A DNA stretch of 64,000 nt from assembly GCF_965641715.1 (NCBI RefSeq), contig NZ_OZ282453.1. One strand, given 5' to 3'. Below the pieces are notes generated by a model. That model was not told the DNA's origin, made no database searches, and worked only from the letters and a program-made list of their open reading frames with translations. A program made the translations under genes and the position numbers. The stretch is from Escherichia coli (GTDB lineage Bacteria; Pseudomonadota; Gammaproteobacteria; Enterobacterales; Enterobacteriaceae). The first letter of the stretch is position 1. Each line of letters begins with the position of its first letter. Positions 28,388 to 38,658 of the stretch are shown here, piece after piece.

Positions 28388-30811
28388 TTAAACCTTTTCG
28401 ATCTGGACAAGATTGCTGTGCGACGGGTTTCCCTTTGCCAGCGGTGAAGGGCGGTGAGAGGTCAGAATATTGATACTGCCGCCGTGATCGACCCGGTCAC
28501 CAAACATATCCGCTTTAAGCCACGCACCTTGCCCGATGGCGGTAACGCCAGGCAGAATACGCGGAGTCACTTTTGCGGCAATCAGCATTTCTCCATTATT
28601 GTTAAATACCCGCACGGTATCGCCATGACGGATACCGCGAGCCTGAGCATCAATGGGGTTGATCCACACCTCTTGTGGGCAGGCCTGCTGTAACACATCA
28701 ATATTGCCGTAGCTGGAGTGGGTACGTGCTTTGTAGTGGAAGCCCGTTAACTGCAGTGGATAGGTTTTCCGCAGGGGATCGTCCCAGCCATCAAAACCTG
28801 GGGTATACGCAGGAAGGGGATGAATAATTTCATCTTTTTTCAATTCCCAGGTATCTGCAATCTTCGCCAGTCGTTCAGAATAAATTTCGATTTTCCCCGA
28901 AGGTGTTTTCAACGGGTTTGCCTGTGGATCTTCACGGAATGCGCGGAAAGCGACGTAGTGTTCTTCCGGGCATTTTTTCTTAAAGATCCCGGTCGTTTTC
29001 ATCTCCTCGTAGTCGGGCATCTCAGGGTTACGTTCCTTCGTTTTCGCATGGAGATATTTGATCCATTCATGCTGACTGCGACCTTCAGTAAAGGTTTGAT
29101 AAACGTCCGGTCCTAAGCGTTTGGCGACTTCACTCAGCATCCAGTAGATGGGTTTGCGTTCAAATTTTGCTGAGGTTGCGGGTTGGGCGAGGATCACATA
29201 GCCCATATTCCCTGCAGATTCATGAGAGATAAGGTCTTCTTGCTCTGTTGGCATCAGGTCGGGCAACAGGATATCGCAATACTTAGCCGAGGCCGTCATG
29301 AAGTGGTCAATGCCAACAATCATCTCGCACTTGCTGTCATCCTGAAGCACCTCATGGGTGTGATTGATGTCGCCATGTTGATTGATCAATGTGTTACTGG
29401 CGTAGCACCATAAAAACTTGATGGGGACATCCAGTTTTTCTTTTCCACGAACACCATCACGGGTCGCGGTCATTTCCGTACCATGGTCGATGGCATCTGT
29501 CCATGTAAAGACGGAAATCTGCGTTTTAACAGGATTCTCGAGCATCGGGAACCATTCTACCCCCAGATCCCAGCTACCTTCGCGTACGCCTGAGTTGCCG
29601 CCGTTTATGCCGACGTTACCGGTGAGAACGGAAAGCATGGCAATAGCGCGGGATGTTTGCTCGCCGTTGGAATGTCGTTGTGGCCCCCAACCCTGACAAA
29701 TATAAGCAGGTTTTGCTGAACCGATCTCTCGTGCCAACTGGATAATTTTTTCTGCCGGGATGCTGGTGATTTTTGCTGCCCATTCCGGCGTTTTAGCTAT
29801 GCCGTCAGGCCCTTCGCCCAGAATATAGGCTTTATAATGCGCGTTACGTGGTGCGTTGGCGGGCAGCGTTTTTTCATCGTAACCAACACAATATTTGTCG
29901 AGAAATGGCTGATCGACCATGTTTTCAGTAATCAGTACCCAGGCAATCGCACAGGCCAGTGCGCCATCGGTGCCAGGGCGAATGGGCAGCCATTCATCTT
30001 CACGCCCGGCAGCTGTGTCGTTATAACGTGGATCGATGACGATCATGCGTGCGTTTGAACGTTCGCGGGCTTGCTCGACGTAGTAAGTGACACCACCACC
30101 GCTCATCCGCGTTTCTGCCGGGTTATTTCCGAACATAACGACCAGTTTCGTATTGGCGATATCATCCGGGCTGTTGCCATCATTGGCACCGAACATATAA
30201 CTCATTGCGGCACTGATCTGTGCGGTACTGTAGCTGCCATAGCGACTGAGAAAACCACCGCAAGAGTTCATCAGACGGTACGGGACGTTTGAGTTGGTGA
30301 TGTTTCCGCCATCTACACCTGTTCCGTACAGGACATGTACAGCCTCATTGCCGTAATCTTTTAGGATCCGCCGAAGATTATCACTGATGGTATCCAGGGC
30401 TTCGTCCCAACTTATCCGTTCAAATTTACCTTCACCGCGCTTGCCGACGCGCTTCATGGGATATTTCAACCTATCAGGATGATTCATCCGTCGGCGGATA
30501 GAGCGCCCGCGTAAACACGCTCGAACCTGATGATTACCGTAGACGTCGTCACCTGTCGTATCAGACTCCACCCAGTACACGGTGTCATCTTTCACATGCA
30601 AACGTAACAGACAGCGGCTCCCGCAGTTAACGGTGCAGGAACTCCAGACCGCTTTCTCTTCTACCGGAGCCTCTGCCGCCCGGACCATTTGGGAAAATGG
30701 CAGAGTGAAAGCACTGCTTGCCAGCGCAAGACTGCCAAGTGCGGAGGTTTTCATCAGACTTCTACGGCTGATTTCAGCCTTCATGAGCGCCTCTGTGGTA
30801 TGGATTTTCAT
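28388..30811 (-). CDS. ynfF: Tat-exported molybdopterin oxidoreductase catalytic subunit (DmsA paralog) YnfF
   Basis: 807/808-aa ORF with twin-arginine signal (SRRSLMK) and molybdopterin oxidoreductase Cys cluster (CTVNCGSRC); tandem paralog of ynfE. Confidence 0.92.
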   Translation of the reverse strand: MKIHTTEALMKAEISRRSLMKTSALGSLALASSAFTLPFSQMVRAAEAPVEEKAVWSSCTVNCGSRCLLRLHVKDDTVYWVESDTTGDDVYGNHQVRACLRGRSIRRRMNHPDRLKYPMKRVGKRGEGKFERISWDEALDTISDNLRRILKDYGNEAVHVLYGTGVDGGNITNSNVPYRLMNSCGGFLSRYGSYSTAQISAAMSYMFGANDGNSPDDIANTKLVVMFGNNPAETRMSGGGVTYYVEQARERSNARMIVIDPRYNDTAAGREDEWLPIRPGTDGALACAIAWVLITENMVDQPFLDKYCVGYDEKTLPANAPRNAHYKAYILGEGPDGIAKTPEWAAKITSIPAEKIIQLAREIGSAKPAYICQGWGPQRHSNGEQTSRAIAMLSVLTGNVGINGGNSGVREGSWDLGVEWFPMLENPVKTQISVFTWTDAIDHGTEMTATRDGVRGKEKLDVPIKFLWCYASNTLINQHGDINHTHEVLQDDSKCEMIVGIDHFMTASAKYCDILLPDLMPTEQEDLISHESAGNMGYVILAQPATSAKFERKPIYWMLSEVAKRLGPDVYQTFTEGRSQHEWIKYLHAKTKERNPEMPDYEEMKTTGIFKKKCPEEHYVAFRAFREDPQANPLKTPSGKIEIYSERLAKIADTWELKKDEIIHPLPAYTPGFDGWDDPLRKTYPLQLTGFHYKARTHSSYGNIDVLQQACPQEVWINPIDAQARGIRHGDTVRVFNNNGEMLIAAKVTPRILPGVTAIGQGAWLKADMFGDRVDHGGSINILTSHRPSPLAKGNPSHSNLVQIEKV

Positions 30812-30871
30812 CATTACTCACTTATTGCTTTTCAAACAAAATGTCATGCCAGAATTTATGGTTGTAGTGGG

Positions 30872-33298
30872 TTATATTTTTTCGATCTCGACCAGATTCG
30901 TATGCTGCGGGTTTCCCTTCGCCAGTGGTGAAGGGCGCAGAGTGGTTAGCATATTCACACAGCCTCCATGGTCGATTTTATCGCCAGACATATTGGCCTC
31001 GTGCCAGGCTCCCTGGCCCATAGCGCTAACTCCAGGGAGAATACGTGGTGTCACTTTGGCTGGTAGCCGAACTTCGCCACGATGGTTAAACACCCGCACC
31101 ATATCGCCGTTGGCAATCCCACGTTTCTGCGCATCTATAGGGTTGATCCACACCTCCTGACGGCAGGCTGCTTTCAGGACATCAATATTGCCGTAGGTCG
31201 AGTGAGTACGGGATTTGTAATGGAAACCAAACAGTTGCAGTGGGAAGGTTCTACGTTCAGGTGAGTCCCAGCCTTCAAAGGTAGAGGCATAAACTGGCAG
31301 TGGGCTTATCACTTCATCTTTTTCCAGTTCCCAGGTACGGGCAATTTCCGCCAGCTTGCTGGAATAAATTTCAATCTTACCGGAAGGTGTTTTAAGTGGA
31401 TTTGCCTCGGGGTCGTCACGAAATGCTTTGTAGGCGACAAAATGACCATTGGGATCTTTACGCTTATAGATACCCATTTTTTTCAGTTCGTCGTAAGACG
31501 GTAACGCCGGATCTTTGGCAAGCATTTTGGCGTACAGATGTTGTAACCATTGTTCCTGCGTGCGACCTTCTGTGAACTTTTGATAGACGTCAGGTCCAAG
31601 ACGTTTCGCGACTTCACTCAGGATCCAGTAAATCGGTTTGCGTTCGAATTTTTCGCTGGTGACAGGCTGGAGGAAAATGAGATATCCCATGTTACCGGCG
31701 TAGTCGTTAGGAATAATATCTTCCTGCTCAACGGTCATCAGGTCTGGCAGCAGAATGTCGGCATATTTTGCCGATGAGGTCATAAAGTTTTCGATGACCA
31801 CAATCATTTCGCATTTCGATTCGTCCTGCAGAATTTCATGCGTTTTGTTGATGTCAGAATGCTGATTAACCAGGGTATTTCCCGCGTAGTTCCAGATGAA
31901 CTTAATGGGCACATCCAGTTTATCTTTGCCGCGGACGCCGTCGCGGATTGCCGTCATTTGTGGGCCATGATCGATAGCATCTGTCCAGCTGAAGCAGGAA
32001 ATTGACGTTTTGACCGGATTATCCAGCACCGGCAGGCGTTCTATGGTAATGGTATAGGTCGATTCACGCGCGCCACTATTTCCGCCGCTGATGCCGACAT
32101 TGCCCGTCAGAATAGGCAACATAGCAATAGCGCGTGCGGTCAGCTCACCGTTTGCCTGGCGTTGCGGCCCCCAGCCCTGGCAGATATAAGCGGGTTTTGC
32201 TGTGCCAATTTCACGCGCCAGTTTGATGATACGGTCCTCCGGGATACCGGTAATTTGCGAAGCCCACTGCGGCGTTTTCGCTGTTTTATCGTCACCTTCA
32301 CCAAGAATATAGGCTTTATAGTGACCATTTTTGGGGGCATCTGCGGGTAAGGTTTTTTCGTCATAGCCGACGCAGTATTTATCGAGAAAAGGTTGATCAA
32401 CGAGATTTTCGTTAATCAATACCCAGGCAATACCCGCAACCAGCGCGGCATCGGTGCCCGGGCGAATAGGAAGCCATTCGTCTTCACGACCGGCAGCCGT
32501 ATCGGTATATCGCGGATCGATAACAATCATTTTTGCGTTCGATTTTTCGCGCGCTTTTTCAAGAAGATAAGTGATGCCACCGCCGCTCATGCGGGTTTCT
32601 GCTGGGTTGTTACCAAACATCACGACCAGCTTGCTGTTTTCAATATCCGTGGTGCTGTTGCCATCATTACTGCCGTAGGTGTAGGGCATGGCACAGGAAA
32701 TTTGCGCAGTGCTGTAGGAGCCATACTGGTTGAGTGAACCGCCGTAGCAGTTCATCAGGCGTTTGACCGCCGAGGCTGATGGCGAAGAGCGGGTCATATT
32801 GCCGCCAACGATCCCCGAAGAGTACTGAATATATACAGCCTCATTGCCATATTGTTCGACGGTTTTTTTCAGGCTACTGGCGATAGTATCCAGGGCTTCA
32901 TCCCAGCTAATCCGTTCGAATTTGCCTTCACCGCGTTTACCCACGCGTTTCATTGGGTAATTCAAGCGATCGGGATGATTAATACGCCGGCGGATGGAGC
33001 GACCGCGCAAACAGGCGCGTACTTGATGATTGCCATACTCATCGCTGCCGGTGTTGTCAGTTTCCACCCAGGTCACTTCATTATCTTTAACATGTAGACG
33101 AAGTGCACAGCGGCTACCACAGTTGACGGAACAGGCACCCCAGACCACTTTTTCGCGGGCCTGTTGTACCGCTGCTGCTGCACTGCGCAGGGTAAACGGC
33201 AAAGAAAAACCGCCTGCAGCCAGCGCCAGAGAACCTATCGCGGTAGATTTAACGAGTGTTCTGCGGCTGATGCCCACCATTCGGTCATTTTTGGACAT
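30872..33298 (-). CDS. ynfE: Tat-exported selenate/DMSO-reductase-family catalytic subunit (DmsA paralog) YnfE
   Basis: 808-aa ORF with twin-arginine signal (SRRTLVK); highly similar throughout to ynfF. Confidence 0.92.
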   Translation of the reverse strand: MSKNDRMVGISRRTLVKSTAIGSLALAAGGFSLPFTLRSAAAAVQQAREKVVWGACSVNCGSRCALRLHVKDNEVTWVETDNTGSDEYGNHQVRACLRGRSIRRRINHPDRLNYPMKRVGKRGEGKFERISWDEALDTIASSLKKTVEQYGNEAVYIQYSSGIVGGNMTRSSPSASAVKRLMNCYGGSLNQYGSYSTAQISCAMPYTYGSNDGNSTTDIENSKLVVMFGNNPAETRMSGGGITYLLEKAREKSNAKMIVIDPRYTDTAAGREDEWLPIRPGTDAALVAGIAWVLINENLVDQPFLDKYCVGYDEKTLPADAPKNGHYKAYILGEGDDKTAKTPQWASQITGIPEDRIIKLAREIGTAKPAYICQGWGPQRQANGELTARAIAMLPILTGNVGISGGNSGARESTYTITIERLPVLDNPVKTSISCFSWTDAIDHGPQMTAIRDGVRGKDKLDVPIKFIWNYAGNTLVNQHSDINKTHEILQDESKCEMIVVIENFMTSSAKYADILLPDLMTVEQEDIIPNDYAGNMGYLIFLQPVTSEKFERKPIYWILSEVAKRLGPDVYQKFTEGRTQEQWLQHLYAKMLAKDPALPSYDELKKMGIYKRKDPNGHFVAYKAFRDDPEANPLKTPSGKIEIYSSKLAEIARTWELEKDEVISPLPVYASTFEGWDSPERRTFPLQLFGFHYKSRTHSTYGNIDVLKAACRQEVWINPIDAQKRGIANGDMVRVFNHRGEVRLPAKVTPRILPGVSAMGQGAWHEANMSGDKIDHGGCVNMLTTLRPSPLAKGNPQHTNLVEIEKI

Positions 33299-33496
33299 AA
33301 CTCACTCCCTGTTCTTTATCGTTATATAAATGTTTATATATTGAATATTTAGCGCGCTAACAATAGAGGGGGTCTACCCATTTTGGGTTAAGAATTATTA
33401 ATCCACATCAATAGAAGGGTATGAGTAATATGGTGGGATTATGTTGTATGTTCAAATCGCCGGATGTGTCATATCCGGCGTTCAGTCGATAATGTG

Positions 33497-33802
33497 TTAC
33501 TGCGGTTCGGCAGGCGCGCCATCCTGGGTAGACTGCGCGGGAGCAGAGACGTTAGCGCTGGTGGTGCGGGTGTAGAGAATTTTATGCGTATCATTAGCAC
33601 AATGCCCGACGACCTGGGAATCAGGCTGATCAACCTGGTCATTGGGTACAATACTTAACGTGAAGCTGCTTTCGGGTACGCCATTATTGATAATGCGCTG
33701 TGATATATCGCTCTGTATGCGCTCACAGGATCCCGGCGCGGCGAGTACCGCGGGTGAGGCGAGGGCGAGCAGAAGCGCGGCACAGCAGGTTGAGAGTTTC
33801 AT
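33497..33802 (-). CDS. ynfD: small secreted DUF1161 protein YnfD
   Basis: ORF trimmed to MKLSTCCAALLLALASPAVLA... (101 aa) with signal peptide. Confidence 0.85.
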   Translation of the reverse strand: MKLSTCCAALLLALASPAVLAAPGSCERIQSDISQRIINNGVPESSFTLSIVPNDQVDQPDSQVVGHCANDTHKILYTRTTSANVSAPAQSTQDGAPAEPQ

Positions 33803-33909
33803 CATAAGCTCCTTACGCGAAGATAACTTCTTTAAGCATAGCATTTAACGTGTAAAGTACTGTATTTGCTACTATGATTGAGAATCATCTCTACTCTCTG
33901 GTGACTGTT

Positions 33910-34620
33910 GTGAAATACAAATTACTACCATGCTTACTCGCGATATTCCTCACAGGATGTGACCGCACAGAGGTAACACTTTCATTTACCCCTGAGATGG
34001 CCAGTTTCTCTAATGAATTCGATTTTGATCCGCTGCGTGGTCCGGTAAAAGATTTCACTCAGACATTAATGGATGAGCAAGGTGAAGTGACGAAACGTGT
34101 TTCGGGGACTTTGTCGGAAGAAGGCTGTTTTGATTCACTCGAATTACTGGATCTGGAAAATAATACCGTGGTCGCTCTGGTACTGGACGCCAATTATTAT
34201 CGTGATGCCGAGACGCTGGAGAAGAGAGTACGTTTACAGGGAAAATGCCAGCTAGCAGAATTACCTTCTGCCGGGGTGAGTTGGGAAACCGATGATAATG
34301 GCTTCGTGATTAAAGCCAGCAGCAAACAAATGCAGATGGAATATCGCTATGATGATCAGGGTTATCCACTGGGTAAGACCACGAAAAGTAACGACAAAAC
34401 ATTATCTGTCAGCGCCACGCCATCAACGGACCCGATCAAAAAATTAGATTACACAGCGGTTACTTTACTGAATAATCAACGAGTTGGTAATGTAAAACAG
34501 AGCTGTGAATATGACAGTCACGCCAATCCGGTGGACTGTCAGCTGATCATTGTTGATGAAGGAGTAAAACCCGCCGTCGAACGGGTTTACACCATCAAAA
34601 ATACAATCGATTATTATTAA
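33910..34620 (+). CDS. ynfC: UPF0257 lipoprotein YnfC
   Basis: ORF 33874..34620 trimmed to a GTG start giving (M)KYKLLPCLLAIFLTGC (236 aa) with lipobox LTGC; start choice based on recalled K-12 annotation. Confidence 0.8.
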   Translation: MKYKLLPCLLAIFLTGCDRTEVTLSFTPEMASFSNEFDFDPLRGPVKDFTQTLMDEQGEVTKRVSGTLSEEGCFDSLELLDLENNTVVALVLDANYYRDAETLEKRVRLQGKCQLAELPSAGVSWETDDNGFVIKASSKQMQMEYRYDDQGYPLGKTTKSNDKTLSVSATPSTDPIKKLDYTAVTLLNNQRVGNVKQSCEYDSHANPVDCQLIIVDEGVKPAVERVYTIKNTIDYY

Positions 34621-34622
34621 TG

Positions 34623-35183
34623 CTATTGTGCGGTCGGCTTCAGGAGAGTCTGACCCGGTGTTTTGTGCTCTGCCAGATACTGATGCTGGAATATACACAT
34701 GCGAATGGCATTACGATATTGACCATTAATAAAGAACTCATGCATCAATTCACCTTCAACCGTAAAGCCAAGCTTGCGGTAAATGTGAATCGCTTTTTCA
34801 TTCTCTTTATCGACGATCAGATACAGCTTATAGAGATTGAGAACGGTGAAGCCATAGTCCATTGCTAATTTGGCGGCACGGGTTGCCAGACCTTTCCCCT
34901 GATACTCCGGGGAGATAATTATCTGAAATTCTGCGCGGCGATGTACATGGTTAATTTCCACCAACTCCACCAGACCGGCTTTTTCGCCGTCACATTCCAC
35001 CACAAAGCGTCGTTCGCTCTGATCGTGAATATGCTTATCATACAGATCAGAGAGTTCAACAAAGGCTTCGTAGGGTTCCTCAAACCAGTAACGCATCACA
35101 CTGGCGTTATTGTCGAGTTGATGTACATAGCGTAAATCTTCACGCTCCAGCGGGCGTAGCTTAACACTGTGGGCGCTTGGCAT
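34623..35183 (-). CDS. speG: spermidine N1-acetyltransferase
   Basis: 186-aa [33 protein letters not shown]... Confidence 0.93.
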   Translation of the reverse strand: MPSAHSVKLRPLEREDLRYVHQLDNNASVMRYWFEEPYEAFVELSDLYDKHIHDQSERRFVVECDGEKAGLVELVEINHVHRRAEFQIIISPEYQGKGLATRAAKLAMDYGFTVLNLYKLYLIVDKENEKAIHIYRKLGFTVEGELMHEFFINGQYRNAIRMCIFQHQYLAEHKTPGQTLLKPTAQ

Positions 35184-35217
35184 AACGTGTCCTTACATTC
35201 CTTAAATCAATAACAGG

Positions 35218-35559
35218 TTAGGGGGTAATAACGCGGCCAGTTCGACGGTCCAGGCAGCGCAAAGTATTTGGCTCCCAGTAGGCATTGATGTTGGCGCTTT
35301 GCTCACATTTATCGCGGTTATCAAAAGCGGCGTCGGCTTTATCCCACTCTTTTTCAGTGCGTTTATTCACTTTCTGGCGCAGATTGCGCGTGTCATTCCA
35401 TTGCTCTTTTTCCATAGCGGCGTGCTGGCGGCTTTGTGCACTGTCGCCAGACTCAATCACCAGTTTGTTAGTTTCGGCATGAACAGTTGTGCTCAATGCC
35501 AGTGCGCAAGGCAGCAGAAAAGCGAGCAGGCCGATTCGTTTGCTGAGAGTGATTTTCAT
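35218..35559 (-). CDS. ynfB: UPF0482 secreted protein YnfB
   Basis: 113-aa ORF with signal peptide at the K-12 ynfB position. Confidence 0.87.
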
Positions 35560-35693
35560 AATTCATTCCCTGTGTGAATGATTAAAGGTGATTCTACACC
35601 ATCCACTGCGGACGCAAAACGTACCAGGAGGGTGTTTATATTGATGATATTATGTCGCCCTATAACTATACATGATGTCAATAAGTGACAAAG

Positions 35694-36020
35694 ATGATTA
35701 AAACAACGTTACTATTTTTTGCTACTGCGCTGTGTGAAATTATTGGATGCTTTCTGCCCTGGTTGTGGTTAAAACGAAACGCCAGTGTCTGGCTGTTGCT
35801 TCCGGCGGGGATTTCACTGGCGCTGTTTGTCTGGTTGTTAACGTTGCATCCTGCGGCGAGTGGGCGTGTTTACGCGGCTTATGGTGGCGTTTATGTCTGC
35901 ACGGCGTTGATGTGGCTGCGCGTTGTGGATGGCGTGAAACTGACTCTTTATGACTGGACGGGTGCGTTGATTGCGCTTTGCGGCATGTTGATCATTGTTG
36001 CGGGCTGGGGGCGCACGTAG
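35694..36020 (+). CDS. ynfA: UPF0060 small membrane protein YnfA
   Basis: ORF 35685..36020 trimmed to [23 protein letters not shown]... (108 aa). Confidence 0.87.
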   Translation: MIKTTLLFFATALCEIIGCFLPWLWLKRNASVWLLLPAGISLALFVWLLTLHPAASGRVYAAYGGVYVCTALMWLRVVDGVKLTLYDWTGALIALCGMLIIVAGWGRT

Positions 36021-36225
36021 GAACATAAATCCATTTTATCAATAAGATACGAGGAAGTGTCAGCTGACAAAAGGTATTCTATTTCATCTTTTGTCAACCA
36101 TTCACAGTGCAAATATACGCCTTTTTTTGTGATCACTCCGGCTTTTTTCGATCTTCATGCTTGTATGGTAGTAGCTCAGTTGCGTAGATTTCATGCATCA
36201 CGACAAGCGATGCAAGGAATCGAAC

Positions 36226-37440
36226 ATGAAGATCGTAAAGGCTGAAGTTTTTGTTACCTGTCCGGGGCGTAATTTCGTCACATTAAAAATCACCACTGAG
36301 GACGGTATTACGGGCCTTGGGGATGCCACCCTCAATGGACGTGAGCTTTCCGTGGCCTCTTATTTGCAGGATCACCTTTGTCCGCAGCTTATTGGTCGCG
36401 ATGCGCACCGTATCGAAGATATCTGGCAGTTTTTCTATAAAGGTGCTTACTGGCGTCGCGGTCCGGTTACGATGTCGGCCATTTCAGCGGTTGATATGGC
36501 GCTGTGGGATATTAAAGCCAAAGCTGCCAACATGCCGCTTTACCAGTTACTCGGCGGCGCATCTCGTGAAGGGGTGATGGTTTATTGCCATACCACCGGT
36601 CACAGTATTGATGAAGCTCTGGATGATTATGCCCGTCATCAGGAGCTGGGATTCAAAGCCATCCGCGTGCAGTGCGGAATCCCTGGTATGAAAACCACCT
36701 ACGGCATGTCGAAAGGTAAAGGTCTGGCTTATGAACCCGCAACCAAAGGACAGTGGCCGGAAGAGCAGCTGTGGTCGACGGAGAAATACCTCGATTTCAT
36801 GCCGAAATTGTTTGACGCGGTACGTAACAAGTTTGGTTTTAATGAACATTTGCTGCATGACATGCACCATCGCTTAACGCCTATTGAAGCGGCGCGCTTT
36901 GGTAAAAGCATTGAAGATTATCGCATGTTCTGGATGGAAGACCCGACGCCTGCGGAAAACCAGGAATGCTTCCGTCTCATTCGCCAACATACCGTCACAC
37001 CCATCGCAGTGGGTGAAGTCTTCAACAGCATCTGGGACTGCAAACAACTGATTGAAGAGCAACTCATCGATTATATCCGCACCACGCTGACCCATGCAGG
37101 CGGAATTACCGGTATGCGCCGGATTGCCGATTTTGCTTCGCTGTATCAGGTACGTACTGGCTCACACGGTCCTTCCGATTTGTCACCAGTCTGCATGGCT
37201 GCAGCGCTGCACTTTGATCTGTGGGTCCCCAATTTCGGTGTCCAGGAATACATGGGTTATTCCGAACAAATGCTCGAAGTCTTCCCGCACAACTGGACTT
37301 TCGATAACGGCTATATGCATCCGGGAGACAAACCGGGTCTTGGTATCGAATTCGATGAAAAGCTGGCGGCGAAATATCCCTATGAACCTGCTTATCTACC
37401 AGTCGCACGTCTGGAAGATGGCACGCTGTGGAACTGGTAA
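36226..37440 (+). CDS. rspA: starvation-sensing protein RspA (enolase-superfamily mannonate dehydratase-like)
   Basis: ORF 36193..37440 trimmed to [27 protein letters not shown]... (404 aa). Confidence 0.92.
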
Positions 37441-37451
37441 GGAGTAAGATA

Positions 37452-38471
37452 ATGAAAAGCATATTAATTGAAAAACCGAATCAACTGGCGATTGTCGAAC
37501 GTGAAATACCCACCCCGTCAGCGGGTGAAGTACGAGTAAAAGTGAAACTTGCCGGAATTTGTGGTTCAGATAGCCATATTTATCGTGGGCATAATCCTTT
37601 TGCGAAATATCCGCGCGTCATTGGACATGAATTCTTTGGCGTCATTGATGCGGTGGGTGAAGGTGTGGAAAGCGCCAGAGTCGGTGAACGTGTTGCTGTC
37701 GATCCGGTGGACAGCTGTGGTCATTGCTATCCGTGCTCTATAGGTAAGCCGAACGTTTGTACGACACTCGCTGTATTAGGTGTGCACGCTGACGGTGGTT
37801 TCAGTGAATATGCTGTGGTTCCGGCAAAAAATGCGTGGAAAATTCCTGAAGCAGTGGCCGATCAATATGCGGTGATGATCGAACCTTTTACCATTGCGGC
37901 TAACGTAACCGGTCATGGTCAACCGACTGAAAATGATACCGTTCTGGTTTATGGTGCCGGTCCAATCGGCCTGACGATCGTTCAGGTATTAAAAGGCGTC
38001 TATAACGTTAAAAATGTGATTGTTGCCGATCGCATTGATGAACGACTGGAAAAAGCGAAAGAGAGCGGGGCTGACTGGGTGATTAATAACAGCCAGACAC
38101 CGCTTGGCGAGATTTTCGCTGAAAAAGGCATCAAGCCGACATTAATTATTGATGCGGCTTGTCATCCTTCTATCCTGAAAGAGGCCGTAACGCTGGCTTC
38201 TCCAGCGGCACGTATTGTATTGATGGGCTTCTCCAGTGAACCTTCTGAAGTGATTCAGCAAGGAATTACCGGAAAAGAACTCTCTATTTTCTCTTCACGC
38301 TTAAATGCAAATAAATTTCCGGTCGTTATCGACTGGTTAAGTAAAGGGTTAATTAAACCAGAAAAATTAATTACCCATACGTTTGATTTCCAGCATGTTG
38401 CTGATGCCATTAGTTTATTTGAACAGGATCAAAAACATTGCTGCAAAGTCTTACTCACTTTTTCTGAATAA
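37452..38471 (+). CDS. rspB: starvation-sensing zinc-dependent alcohol dehydrogenase RspB
   Basis: ORF 37428..38471 trimmed to MKSILIEKPNQLAIVEREIP... (339 aa); Zn-ADH motifs GHEFFG and GAGPIG. Confidence 0.92.
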   Translation: MKSILIEKPNQLAIVEREIPTPSAGEVRVKVKLAGICGSDSHIYRGHNPFAKYPRVIGHEFFGVIDAVGEGVESARVGERVAVDPVDSCGHCYPCSIGKPNVCTTLAVLGVHADGGFSEYAVVPAKNAWKIPEAVADQYAVMIEPFTIAANVTGHGQPTENDTVLVYGAGPIGLTIVQVLKGVYNVKNVIVADRIDERLEKAKESGADWVINNSQTPLGEIFAEKGIKPTLIIDAACHPSILKEAVTLASPAARIVLMGFSSEPSEVIQQGITGKELSIFSSRLNANKFPVVIDWLSKGLIKPEKLITHTFDFQHVADAISLFEQDQKHCCKVLLTFSE

Positions 38472-38528
38472 TACCAATAACGGCGAGTAAGTAGTACGCA
38501 TCTTACCTCTTTTTTAGAGATAACCATT

Positions 38529-38657
38529 ATGACAATAGAAAAACACGAAAGAAGCACTAAGGATTTGGTGAAAGCAGCAGTATCGGGATGGCTGGGCACT
38601 GCGCTTGAATTTATGGATTTCAAGAGTCATACGTGTCAACTATTTGATAAATATTAA
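38529..38657 (+). pseudogene. ydfJ: 5' remnant of MFS (MHS-family) transporter gene ydfJ, truncated by prophage insertion
   Basis: ATG with RBS followed by MTIEKHERSTKDLVKAAVSGWLGTALEFMDF..., a typical MHS-transporter N-terminus (E-x-x-DF box), then a stop within about 40 codons just before the integrase 3' end. K-12 ydfJ is known to be split by Qin. Confidence 0.6.
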
Positions 38658-38658
38658 A

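Noticed and set aside
27853-28473. 206-aa and 136-aa plus-strand ORFs opposite ynfG
   Set aside because: Antisense shadows of the Cys-rich ferredoxin gene; Arg/Ala-rich low-information translations.
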